Origin: a virus
Taxonomy: Duplodnaviria; Caudoviricetes
Virus record (IMG/VR): IMGVR_UViG_3300029787_000034
Span: 1 to 61,766 of that record
Direction: 5' to 3' (one strand)
Length of the DNA: 61,766 nucleotides
A program made the position numbers and the translations under genes. The notes under the pieces are model-generated. The model did no database searches and had not been told where the DNA came from. It was given only the letters and a program-made list of their open reading frames with translations. Shown in pieces: positions 49,268 through 58,700 of the stretch. The first letter of the stretch is position 1. The number at the start of each line of letters is the position of its first letter.

Positions 49268-50452
49268 ATGGCAAAGAACACACACCTAGAACATTTAGAA
49301 GATGACCTGATCAACCAAGGGTATCAGGGTGGTTTAAATGCTATTAATTTTATTGAGTCTCTTTCTGATATGCTAGACAGTGGTGGAAAGGGTGCAAGGG
49401 TTACTGTCAAATGGGATGGTGCCCCTGCTATTGTATGTGGTAGGACTCCTCAAGGGCAGTTTTTTGTAGGAACTAAATCAGTATTTAATAAAGGACAACC
49501 AAAGATCGGATATGATCATGATCTTATAGACTACCATTACGAAGGTAGTGTTGTTGGGACTATCCTTCATGAAGTATATGATCAACTAAAGAAACTACCA
49601 TTTAAAGGTGTACTACAAGGTGATCTCTTATATACTAAGACACCTCCTATTACAAAGATGGGTGGCAATACAGTATATAAATTCAGACCAAACACTATCA
49701 CATATGCAGTTGATGCATACAGTGAACTGGGTCAGAAGATAGGTGCATCCAAGTTGGGTATAGTATTTCATACGAGTTACACAGGTGAAAGTGTAGAGAA
49801 TATGTCTGCAGCATTTGGTGTGGATGTATCGCATTTACAGGGAGTTAAGGATGTAGCAGTACTATCATCTAACTTTGAGAATGTAGGTGGAGTAGCAACA
49901 CTCAGTACCACTGAGAAAGTACAAGTAAAACAAAACATTCGTAATGCTAAGATTGGTATGACTAAGGGTAGATCTTTCCTCGATTTGCTAGGTGGCACAA
50001 GACCTTTCGAGTATACTGCACTGTTTAAAGTATACTTTAACCAAGTTATTAGAACAGGTAAGGTTCCAAAGACTGCTGCACTGTTACATAAAGGGTTCGA
50101 AGTCTTTGTATCACAGCGTTTTGACATGGAGATTGCTAAGAAAAAGACTGAAAAATCTAAGGAACAATGGAAGAAAAAGAAACAAGAGTCCCTCAAGTAT
50201 CTAAATAGTAACAAAACTGCCATACATAATGCTATGAGTGCCTTCCAGTCTCTAATAACTGCGAAGAAAATTATCATCCGACGCTTAGAGAAAGTGAAAG
50301 GTATTGGTACATTCATAGAAGACGAATCTGGTTACCGAGTTACAAGTCCTGAGGGATACGTAGCAATTAAAAATGGTACGGCTATCAAACTTGTTGATAG
50401 ATTAGAATTCTCTAAAGCAAACTTTACTGTGGCAAAGAACTGGTCAAAATGA
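49268..50452 (+). CDS. Conserved T4-like protein with covalent nucleotidyltransferase (ligase-like) motifs
   Basis: TVKWDG (motif I), LQGDLL (III), EGYV (IV), IKLV (V). Confidence 0.65.
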   Translation: MAKNTHLEHLEDDLINQGYQGGLNAINFIESLSDMLDSGGKGARVTVKWDGAPAIVCGRTPQGQFFVGTKSVFNKGQPKIGYDHDLIDYHYEGSVVGTILHEVYDQLKKLPFKGVLQGDLLYTKTPPITKMGGNTVYKFRPNTITYAVDAYSELGQKIGASKLGIVFHTSYTGESVENMSAAFGVDVSHLQGVKDVAVLSSNFENVGGVATLSTTEKVQVKQNIRNAKIGMTKGRSFLDLLGGTRPFEYTALFKVYFNQVIRTGKVPKTAALLHKGFEVFVSQRFDMEIAKKKTEKSKEQWKKKKQESLKYLNSNKTAIHNAMSAFQSLITAKKIIIRRLEKVKGIGTFIEDESGYRVTSPEGYVAIKNGTAIKLVDRLEFSKANFTVAKNWSK

Positions 50453-51666
50453 TTCACTTTAATCAATTCATAACTGAAACAACACCTGCACAGGGAACAG
50501 TATCACAACCTGCTAAGAAGAAACCTGTACCTAAGTCTCAGCAACCAGAGGACAAGCATGTTGCGATCACTTTTGGTAGGTTTAACCCACCTCATGCAGG
50601 TCATGGTAAACTTATGGATGCTGTTAAAGCACATGGTGGTGACTCAGGTAACTATAGAATCTATCCTAGTAGAACGCAAGATCATAAGAAGAATCCTTTG
50701 AGTGCTGATCAGAAGGTTGATCACATGCGTAAGATGTTTAAGAATCATAAGGATAAGATACAGAATTCAGAACAGCATAGAAATATATTTGACATACTAC
50801 GTGACCTCAATGATGAAGGACATGAACATGTAACAATGGTAGTCGGAGACGACAGAGTAAAAGAATTTCAGAAGTTAACGCAGAAATATAACGGTGTACA
50901 CTACGACTTTAAGTCTGTTAATATCAAGTCAGCAGGTGCTAGAGATCCAAATTCAGATGATCCAATAGAAAAACTATCAGCATCAGCACAGAGAAAGCAT
51001 GCACAGGGTGATGACCATGACTCCTATCATGCAGGAATGCCAAAAGGATTTAAGAAGTCAGACTCTATGAAGATGATGGCAGATGTAAAGACAGGTATGA
51101 CACCTCCTAAGAAACCATCACAGAAACTTAAGAAGAAAACTCCTGCTACTCCGAAGAGTGAAGCATGGGAATACTCACCTAAGTTACACATGTATGAGTT
51201 CAGAGAACACTACATGGAGCATGAAGTTTTTTCAGTTGGTACTCTAGTAGAGCATGATGACAGTGGTATACGTGGTGTTATAGTACACCGTGGTACTAAT
51301 CATGTTGTCTTTAAGGATGATGAAGGTGAAGAGTTTAAAGCATGGTTGCATCATGTAACTGAGGTTGTAGAGTTAGATGAGATAGCAATGGCAAGGAAAA
51401 AGGACAACCCATACTCTAAGCGTAAGATACTTAAGATGCTTATCAGGTCAGTTGCTGAGAAAGAAAGATCTAAAGCAGGTGTGACAAGAGAAGAGAAAGA
51501 AAAGGGAGATCAAAGTAACTATTCTGCTGATGATGGTAGTGGTAATACATGGAAGATCGGCACTGATGAGTACAGAAAAGCAGTGCAGGACATGACTCCA
51601 GGTCAGGGAACTACCAAGTTTGGGGTTAAGTTTAACGACTTTAGAAAGGCTGCACAGCCTAAATAA
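50449..51666 (+). CDS. Cytidylyltransferase-like (HxGH) nucleotidyltransferase
   Basis: ITFGRFNPPHAGH, KNPL, MVVGDDR, SAGARDP, LSASAQR. Confidence 0.85.
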   Translation: MIHFNQFITETTPAQGTVSQPAKKKPVPKSQQPEDKHVAITFGRFNPPHAGHGKLMDAVKAHGGDSGNYRIYPSRTQDHKKNPLSADQKVDHMRKMFKNHKDKIQNSEQHRNIFDILRDLNDEGHEHVTMVVGDDRVKEFQKLTQKYNGVHYDFKSVNIKSAGARDPNSDDPIEKLSASAQRKHAQGDDHDSYHAGMPKGFKKSDSMKMMADVKTGMTPPKKPSQKLKKKTPATPKSEAWEYSPKLHMYEFREHYMEHEVFSVGTLVEHDDSGIRGVIVHRGTNHVVFKDDEGEEFKAWLHHVTEVVELDEIAMARKKDNPYSKRKILKMLIRSVAEKERSKAGVTREEKEKGDQSNYSADDGSGNTWKIGTDEYRKAVQDMTPGQGTTKFGVKFNDFRKAAQPK

Positions 51667-51690
51667 TAATTACGGAATCAATTTTATCCG

Positions 51691-52374
51691 ATGATCACAA
51701 CAAATATTGCTGCTAAACTCATAGGTTATTCTATGGAAGAGCAGATTAAAATAACTAAATGTGTTGACCATAACACAGCTGCTCCTACAAAACGCATGCA
51801 GGAGACAGTTGATGCTATAATTAAGATCATCGATGAATCTCCAATACAACCCGCCTTTGAGGGATACGCAGGTTTCCCGATTGATAAGGAAGCAATTGAC
51901 AAGAACAAACGTAAGTCACCTGACGATCGTAATATTGGTAGAGTAGTATCACAAGGTGGTAACTCTATGGTTATTACAGGTCGTAAATCAGATGGACGTT
52001 ACGTAGTCGTTGGAAAGAAGGGTGAGAAAACTGCTAAACATCAAGAAGACATTGGTGTCCAAGGACCCAAAGAGTCTGTTGACTATAGTATAGATATAGA
52101 AGACTTACATAATCTTATGAAAGAAGCAATGACCGTCACTAATGCTGACAAGAAAGGTAACACACCCGCTTGGCAGAATTACAAGAAGGGTATGAAATCC
52201 AAGACATCTGGCAAACCTATGTACAAGGCTGCTGATCATGTCAAAGAGGAAGAGTTAAAAGAATACTCTGATACTGGTTGCTCAACACCAAGTAAGCCTA
52301 AGAAAAAGAAGAAGGCATACAAAGAAGAGAAATACGATTGGCGTGCAGCACTTGAGGAGGTCAGGAATGGCTAG
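51691..52374 (+). CDS. Hypothetical late protein (candidate internal head protein)
   Basis: Late promoter at 51660; basic; multiple xKE(E) sites. Confidence 0.65.
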   Translation: MITTNIAAKLIGYSMEEQIKITKCVDHNTAAPTKRMQETVDAIIKIIDESPIQPAFEGYAGFPIDKEAIDKNKRKSPDDRNIGRVVSQGGNSMVITGRKSDGRYVVVGKKGEKTAKHQEDIGVQGPKESVDYSIDIEDLHNLMKEAMTVTNADKKGNTPAWQNYKKGMKSKTSGKPMYKAADHVKEEELKEYSDTGCSTPSKPKKKKKAYKEEKYDWRAALEEVRNG

Positions 52375-52864
52375 TGCTACTAATACTAAAACCACACCAG
52401 TCAACAAGAATGACGAGGGTGATAAGAATACACAAAACCTAACCCAAGGTTCTACTAAAACTAAAAAGGGTATCACAATCAATCCTAAGAAGGAGGATCT
52501 CATGTCAGAATCAGAATTAAACGAAAAGAAAAAGTTAGATCCAGTCGGTAAAGAAGACTCAGATATCGATAACGATGGTGATGTCGATAAGAGTGACAAG
52601 TATCTAAACTTCAGACGTAAAGTACGTACCTCTATGATCAAGAGGAAGCAGAAGATGAAGGAAGAAATCGCTGCTGAACTAAGAAACAAACAGTTAGTAT
52701 CTGAAGAACCAATAGATGAGGTGGCTGTTACTGGTGCTGCTCTACCTGCATCTGTCGGATCAACATCTCACAGTAACACTAGCAAGTCTAAGTCTAACAT
52801 GAAGTCTAAGATGCTTGCTGCTACTGCAGAGTACGATAAGAAAAAGAAAGAAGCACGTGGCTAA
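52367..52864 (+). CDS. Hypothetical protein with DxDxDG motif
   Basis: LDPVGKEDSDIDNDGDVDKSDKYL; SD GAGGAGG. Confidence 0.7.
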   Translation: MASATNTKTTPVNKNDEGDKNTQNLTQGSTKTKKGITINPKKEDLMSESELNEKKKLDPVGKEDSDIDNDGDVDKSDKYLNFRRKVRTSMIKRKQKMKEEIAAELRNKQLVSEEPIDEVAVTGAALPASVGSTSHSNTSKSKSNMKSKMLAATAEYDKKKKEARG

Positions 52865-53102
52865 CCTATTAGAGTGGGACAACTCGGAGAAGGCAGCGAC
52901 CTTAAAGAGATACGCTCAGGAAAAGAAAGACAAGAAGGAGACTCTTTATAAGAGTAAGTACGGTAAGAAAAGGTACAAGGACTTCATGAAGAAAGATGCT
53001 GAAGGCAAAGCAAAGTCTGGTGTCAAGAATCCTAAAGGTGTAAGAGCATTACACAAGGGTAAGTGGGGTTACATGAAGAACCGCAAGTTCACTGCTGATT
53101 AG
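52857..53102 (+). CDS. Small basic hypothetical protein
   Basis: GTG start overlaps the previous gene; Lys-rich. Confidence 0.55.
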   Translation: MANLLEWDNSEKAATLKRYAQEKKDKKETLYKSKYGKKRYKDFMKKDAEGKAKSGVKNPKGVRALHKGKWGYMKNRKFTAD

Positions 53103-53139
53103 ACTGGCTATATAGTATATAATATATTGAGTTGAGACC

Positions 53140-53334
53140 ATGCTAGGATTTTTACTACCTTTCGCATCTAAGATTATTTCAGATGCTGTTGACAAGATTC
53201 CAGATGACGCAGAATTAGGAGAGAAACTAATCGATATCTGCCTTGTTATCATGACTAAAGCAGTCAAACTAACTAAGACTACTGCTGACGACAAGCTATT
53301 AGAAGCAGTCAAAACAGCAATAGAGACACGTTAG
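53140..53334 (+). CDS. Conserved small hypothetical protein
   Basis: LLPFASKII...AVKLTKTTADDKLLE. Confidence 0.7.
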   Translation: MLGFLLPFASKIISDAVDKIPDDAELGEKLIDICLVIMTKAVKLTKTTADDKLLEAVKTAIETR

Positions 53335-53379
53335 ATTATAAATAAATAATAGAAATACCAAACTTTTAGAGGATTTACA

Positions 53380-54204
53380 ATGTCTGTCGTAGGAAAGATT
53401 GACGCTGCAGCATTTAGTAATACTATTTCCGTCACTAATGGTGACGCAACTGTTACTAAGAACGCTGCTGATAGTGTCGTTGTAGGAGATGTCTTGAGCA
53501 TATCAAGTGTTAACTATATTGTTAAGCAAGTTACAAGTACCACTGCTATCGAATTGCATAAAGTATATGCAGGATCAACAGCAACTGTAGCTGCTGCATC
53601 TGTTATTAAGAGAACTCCTCCTAAGGCAGTTGCTGAGTTTGTCATCCTTGGTGGCGACTCTAACTCCTACGAACTAATATTTGTAGACACGACTGAAGAT
53701 GGTATTGCATCCAACAAGACTCGTGGTATTTCGGGTCCAGGTTGGTGGCAGTACAGAACATACCAGACACACAATGGAGACACCAGACATAAAGCTGAGT
53801 GCCTCGTTCCTCTAAAAGTTGCTGCAGGTACTTCTGGTGACGACGCTGACGATACAGTCGCAGCAGATGTATTAGAAACAATTACAGTGGGTACACAACC
53901 TGCTAACTCTACTTCATCTAGTGGTGCAGGAACATTCGTTGCAGCATTCACTGTTGATCAGTCAGGTACTAAGTCCTTTAAGTGGCAGAGACAGACAGCA
54001 AGTGCTACTACTCGTTGGGTAGATATCGCTGCTAACACAGATACTGGTATCACATATGCAGACTTCACTACAGCAACACTTGCTTACAGTGGACTTGCAG
54101 GTACAACACTTAACGGTTACAAGTATCGTTGCGTACTAAACACAAGCAAAGGTGCTGAACAGAAGTACACTAACGGTGCTGCTACACTTACATTCGGTAG
54201 CTAA
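53380..54204 (+). CDS. Putative virion decoration protein with C-terminal Ig-like domain
   Basis: Late promoter near 53337; GPGWW..RHKAECLV; TITVGTQP..FKWQR..YKYRCV Ig-like pattern. Confidence 0.65.
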   Translation: MSVVGKIDAAAFSNTISVTNGDATVTKNAADSVVVGDVLSISSVNYIVKQVTSTTAIELHKVYAGSTATVAAASVIKRTPPKAVAEFVILGGDSNSYELIFVDTTEDGIASNKTRGISGPGWWQYRTYQTHNGDTRHKAECLVPLKVAAGTSGDDADDTVAADVLETITVGTQPANSTSSSGAGTFVAAFTVDQSGTKSFKWQRQTASATTRWVDIAANTDTGITYADFTTATLAYSGLAGTTLNGYKYRCVLNTSKGAEQKYTNGAATLTFGS

Positions 54205-54229
54205 ATAAAACTGAACCATCATTATGTAA

Positions 54230-54601
54230 ATGAGATTTGATCATCTAGATGAGAAGAATCATTTGATGTTCGCAATCAAGTACTATGAGAATCCACAGTC
54301 GGTGACTGTGGATGACTTCATGGAAGACATGAAGAAGTTTAAGTATCTGAAGAGACTACTTAAACGTTACCTCAAGACAGGTGTATTGCGTACTAATTTA
54401 ATTCTAAATCATTTAATCGTACTATACAACGTCTTTGGCGAGGGTACACTCCCTTTATTAATGTACAAACTTGAGCCTGAGTACTATCCTGCAGTGAAAA
54501 CCTTCTTGATATATTTGAGTAGGTATCCAGAGAACAACGGTGGTGTTCTAGAGGAAGTGGATCTTGATGAAGAAATTTACACACAGTTAAGAAAGTTGTG
54601 A
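54230..54601 (+). CDS. Conserved T4-like hypothetical protein
   Basis: FAIKYYENP, KKFKYLKRLL, LILNHLIVLYNVFG. Confidence 0.75.
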   Translation: MRFDHLDEKNHLMFAIKYYENPQSVTVDDFMEDMKKFKYLKRLLKRYLKTGVLRTNLILNHLIVLYNVFGEGTLPLLMYKLEPEYYPAVKTFLIYLSRYPENNGGVLEEVDLDEEIYTQLRKL

Positions 54602-55005
54602 ACGAAGAAGGACCAACAATGAGTGCAGGTACAGGAGGTTTTAGCGGTAGTGCTAATGCTGCAGGTCCTGTTGCAGGGTTTGATTCTTTGTTAGGTTCTA
54701 ATAGTGAGAAGAAACCTCGTCTACGTAAGAGGAAATTTAAGAAGCAAGTGAAAGAGGCATTGGTGCTAGGTCACCTCAAGCCTGATGCAGAGAAAGCAGA
54801 TGGAAAATATCTCCCCTTTAAGATATGCTATGATTACGCACAAGAATATGTACTGTATGGTAAGTCAGAAGCCGATGTTAAAATACAGTTACGAAAGATT
54901 TACAGACCAGAGAACCACAAGAAGATACAAGTGAAACGTCTGTACCCAAATGAAGTGATCAAGTTTTACTATGATTTGAGAAGGAAGGCACTCCAAAATC
55001 AGTAA
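54598..55005 (+). CDS. Hypothetical protein beginning with a copy of the gp23 N-arm
   Basis: NEEGPTMSAGTGGFSGSANAAGPVAGFD versus gp23 NEASPTMSAGTAGFSGSSTATGPVAGFD. Confidence 0.7.
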   Translation: MNEEGPTMSAGTGGFSGSANAAGPVAGFDSLLGSNSEKKPRLRKRKFKKQVKEALVLGHLKPDAEKADGKYLPFKICYDYAQEYVLYGKSEADVKIQLRKIYRPENHKKIQVKRLYPNEVIKFYYDLRRKALQNQ

Positions 55006-55019
55006 GTATAAATACTAGC

Positions 55020-55400
55020 ATGTCGGACATTAATACTGCCATCATCGAGAGGCTCGAACGAGTCGTAGAATCCCTACAGGAAAATTCTGTAAAGATGGGA
55101 CAACTTCTTGCTGTTCATAATGAGAAGTTGGATAAGCAAGACAAGATAGACGAAGTATTATTTGAGAAAATAGATAGGCTATCAGCAGATGTCAATAGAG
55201 AAACAGATGCAATCAAGAAAGGTTGCGAGCGTGACATACGTAAGGTTGACGATCGACTACGTACCATGGAGAAAAAGATGTGGAGTATTTTTGGTGCTCT
55301 GTCTATTATCTCTTTCATCGTTAGTCCTATCGGTCAGAGGATCATCGCACCAGCCTTGACAGGTGCCACAACTCCTGCTAGTATATCCTCAGAGTTCTAA
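55020..55400 (+). CDS. Coiled-coil protein with C-terminal TM
   Basis: LLAVHNEKL; TM WSIFGALSIISFIV; TATAAATA at 55007. Confidence 0.7.
   Translation: MSDINTAIIERLERVVESLQENSVKMGQLLAVHNEKLDKQDKIDEVLFEKIDRLSADVNRETDAIKKGCERDIRKVDDRLRTMEKKMWSIFGALSIISFIVSPIGQRIIAPALTGATTPASISSEF
55356..55384 (+). promoter_or_regulatory. Sigma70-like promoter for primase
   Basis: TTGACA-17 nt-TAGTAT with TGn extension. Confidence 0.7.
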
Positions 55401-55407
55401 GATCTAA

Positions 55408-56394
55408 ATGAGTACAGTCGATGACCTCTACATAAGTAGGTTGTCTATTAGGTTAGATAAGTTTAAGAAAGTAAAAAATCAACTATACAACTTCCGTTGC
55501 CCCTTCTGTGGAGACTCCCAGAAGAATAAGAACAAGGCACGGGGGTATTTTTTTCATGTCAAAGGACGTATGGTATATAAATGCCATAACTGTGGTGTGG
55601 GGAAGACTACTGGTAACTTTCTGAAGGAGTTTGCACCTGATCTGTACAGTGAATATCATCTAGAAAAGTATCGTCAGAACTCTACTGGTAAGGGTACAAC
55701 TGTAGAAAATTTTACAGTTCCAGATTCCAAACCAGTCTTTAAAAACATCATCGATCTGGAAAGTATCGCTGATCTAAATAATTCACACCCTGCTAAAAAA
55801 TATCTGTTAGATAGACTCATTCCTGAGACACAACTGTCTCGAATCTTCTATGCTGATAAGTTTAAAACATGGGTTAACACCAAGAAGAAAACGTTTGACT
55901 CGCTACAAAATGATCAACCTAGAATTATTATCCCACTCACTCGCACAGATGGTAGTTGGTATGGCATTCAGGGTAGATCTATGGCAAAGTATACAACGTT
56001 ACGATACATCACAGTGCTCTTCGATGAGCATGAGAAAGTCTTTGGACTCGACAAAGTAAACACTGATGAGACAGTTTATGTTACCGAAGGACCCTTGGAC
56101 TCCCTCTTCTTGGATAATGCTATCGCTATGTGCGGTGCCGATGTTGACCTTAGTTCTTATGACTATGACCTTGTGTACGTCTATGACAACGAACCAAGAA
56201 ACAAACAGATCGTCGCAAGGATGGAGAACTCTATCCAACAGGGAAACAAGATGGTGATATGGCCATCAGTTGTCAAATGTAAAGACATTAATGACATGGT
56301 ATTGGCAGGACTTGACCCATCTGCTATAATATCTGAACATGTATATCATGGGTTGGAAGCAAAATTAAAATTAACTAATTGGAAAAAGGTATGA
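55408..56394 (+). CDS. g61: DNA primase gp61
   Basis: CPFCGDS...CHNC zinc finger, EGPLDS, YDNEPRN, KDINDM (TOPRIM). Confidence 0.96.
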   Translation: MSTVDDLYISRLSIRLDKFKKVKNQLYNFRCPFCGDSQKNKNKARGYFFHVKGRMVYKCHNCGVGKTTGNFLKEFAPDLYSEYHLEKYRQNSTGKGTTVENFTVPDSKPVFKNIIDLESIADLNNSHPAKKYLLDRLIPETQLSRIFYADKFKTWVNTKKKTFDSLQNDQPRIIIPLTRTDGSWYGIQGRSMAKYTTLRYITVLFDEHEKVFGLDKVNTDETVYVTEGPLDSLFLDNAIAMCGADVDLSSYDYDLVYVYDNEPRNKQIVARMENSIQQGNKMVIWPSVVKCKDINDMVLAGLDPSAIISEHVYHGLEAKLKLTNWKKV

Positions 56395-58700
56395 ACATCA
56401 GCGTAGTAAAGCGTAATGGGGTGGTCGAGCCTCTAAATCTCGACAAGATTCATACTATGGTTGAGTATGCCTGTAATGATCTCGCAGGAGTATCAGAGTC
56501 ACAGGTAGAAATGAACTCAAACATCCAGTTCTATGATCAGATAGAAACATCTGACATCCAAGAGATTCTTATCAAGTCTGCTAATGACTTGATCTCTTTA
56601 GACACCCCTAACTATCAATACGTTGCAGCAAGACTATTATTGTTTGGACTGCGTAAGCAAGTCTACAAGGGGCACCCAGACAATCCTCCAGTACTAAAAG
56701 ACCATGTTGAGAACTGTATTACTCAGGGTGTATACGACCCTAGTCTCCTTAAAGTATATTCTGAAAGCGAATGGCAAGAACTTAATGGATATATTGATTA
56801 TGATAGAGATTATATGTTTACATATGCAGGTCTTAGGCAGGTCGCAGATAAATATCTAGTACAAGATCGCAGTACATCACAGGTCTATGAGACCCCGCAG
56901 CAGATGTACATCATGATTGCTGCCACACTCTTCCAAAAATATCCTATAGAAACGAGATTAGATTATGTCAGACGCTACTACGAAGCAATCAGTAGACACA
57001 GAATCAACATCCCAACGCCAGTCATGGCAGGGGTCAGAACCCCTATTCGTCAATTTGCATCTTGTGTTCTGGTTGATATTGATGACACCCTCGATAGTAT
57101 CTTTAGCAGTGATATGGCTATTGGCAAATATGTCGCACAGAGGGCTGGTATCGGTATTAACGCAGGTAGAATCAGGGGCATCAACAGTAAAATCAGAGGT
57201 GGGGAAGTACAACACACAGGTGTTGTCCCCTTCCTTAAAAAGTTCGAGTCAACTGTTAGATGCTGTACTCAAAACGGTATCAGAGGTGGGTCGGCCACTG
57301 TCCACTTCCCTATTTGGCACCAAGAAATCGAAGACATCATCGTCCTCAAAAACAACAAAGGGACGGAAGACAACAGGGTAAGAAAGTTAGACTACAGTAT
57401 TCAGTTCAGCAAACTATTCTATGAAAGATTTATCCAAAATAAAGAAATCACGTTATTTTCCCCTCATGATGTTCCTGCTCTTTATGAGAGTTTTGGGACC
57501 GATAAGTTTGATAGTTTATACTGCCAGTATGAATTGGATGAATCCATCCCCTCCACAAGAGTCAGTGCAAAAGAATTAATCCTTGCCATCCTTAAGGAGA
57601 GATCAGAGACAGGTCGTTTATACATCATGAACATAGACCACTGCAATGAGCATTCATCCTTTAAAGATATGGTAAGGATGAGTAACCTATGTCAGGAGAT
57701 CACTCTACCTACAGATCCTATCAATCATATTGATGATGCAGGTGGGGAGATAGCATTGTGTATTCTATCTGCTATCAATGTAGGTAAGATCAATAACCCA
57801 TCACAGATGGAAGAACTATGTGACCTAGCAGTCAGAGGACTAGAAGAACTAATTGACTATCAGAACTATCCAGTTCTTGCTGCTGAACGTAGCACACTAG
57901 CACGTAGATCATTAGGTGTAGGGTACATAGGTCTAGCACATTACCTTGCTAAGAACAACGTTAAGTATGATGACCCTGCTGCATGGCAGTTAGTTCATGA
58001 CCTTACTGAGTCCTTCCAGTTCTATCTCTTACAGGCATCTAACCAGATAGCAATAGAGAAAGGTGCATGTGATGGGTTCTCTGGAACTAAATACTCAGAT
58101 GGAATACTACCTATAGATACCTACAAGAAAACAGTAGACACTATAGTTCAGAATAATCTGAAGCATGATTGGGAATCTCTTAGAACATCTATCATGGAGA
58201 ACGGTCTCCGACACAGTACACTGTCCGCACAAATGCCATCGGAGAGCAGTTCCATTGTGTCTAATGCAACCAACGGAATCGAACCCCCAAGGGATTATCT
58301 GTCCATTAAAAAGTCTAAGAAAGGTCCACTCAAACAGATAGTTCCGTCCTATGGAACACTTAGGAATAATTACACGCTATTGTGGGATATGCCTAGCAAT
58401 ACTGGTTATATTAATATTGTTGCTGTTATGCAGAAGTTCTTTGATCAAGCGATTTCTGGAAACTGGTCGTACAACCCAGAGAATTATGAAAATTCTGAGG
58501 TTCCTGTTTCGGTAATGGCAAATGATCTTTTAACTACATATAAGTACGGTTGGAAAACTTCTTACTATCAGAACACATATGATAGCAAGAAAGATGTTGA
58601 TGAACCTGTACATATACAGGATCAGTCCGTTAGATTAAACAACTTAGTAGAAGATATACTGAGTGGAAGTGAAGAAGAATGCGAGGCATGTAATGTTTAG
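56391..58700 (+). CDS. nrdA: Ribonucleotide reductase class I alpha subunit
   Basis: ATP cone VVKRNG, QFASCVL, SNLCQEI, C-terminal CEAC. Confidence 0.97.
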   Translation: MNISVVKRNGVVEPLNLDKIHTMVEYACNDLAGVSESQVEMNSNIQFYDQIETSDIQEILIKSANDLISLDTPNYQYVAARLLLFGLRKQVYKGHPDNPPVLKDHVENCITQGVYDPSLLKVYSESEWQELNGYIDYDRDYMFTYAGLRQVADKYLVQDRSTSQVYETPQQMYIMIAATLFQKYPIETRLDYVRRYYEAISRHRINIPTPVMAGVRTPIRQFASCVLVDIDDTLDSIFSSDMAIGKYVAQRAGIGINAGRIRGINSKIRGGEVQHTGVVPFLKKFESTVRCCTQNGIRGGSATVHFPIWHQEIEDIIVLKNNKGTEDNRVRKLDYSIQFSKLFYERFIQNKEITLFSPHDVPALYESFGTDKFDSLYCQYELDESIPSTRVSAKELILAILKERSETGRLYIMNIDHCNEHSSFKDMVRMSNLCQEITLPTDPINHIDDAGGEIALCILSAINVGKINNPSQMEELCDLAVRGLEELIDYQNYPVLAAERSTLARRSLGVGYIGLAHYLAKNNVKYDDPAAWQLVHDLTESFQFYLLQASNQIAIEKGACDGFSGTKYSDGILPIDTYKKTVDTIVQNNLKHDWESLRTSIMENGLRHSTLSAQMPSESSSIVSNATNGIEPPRDYLSIKKSKKGPLKQIVPSYGTLRNNYTLLWDMPSNTGYINIVAVMQKFFDQAISGNWSYNPENYENSEVPVSVMANDLLTTYKYGWKTSYYQNTYDSKKDVDEPVHIQDQSVRLNNLVEDILSGSEEECEACNV

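Noticed and set aside
56312-56330. TTGACC...TATAAT upstream of nrdA as a canonical sigma70 promoter
   Set aside because: The spacer is only about 7 nt. At most it is an extended -10 (TGCTATAAT).
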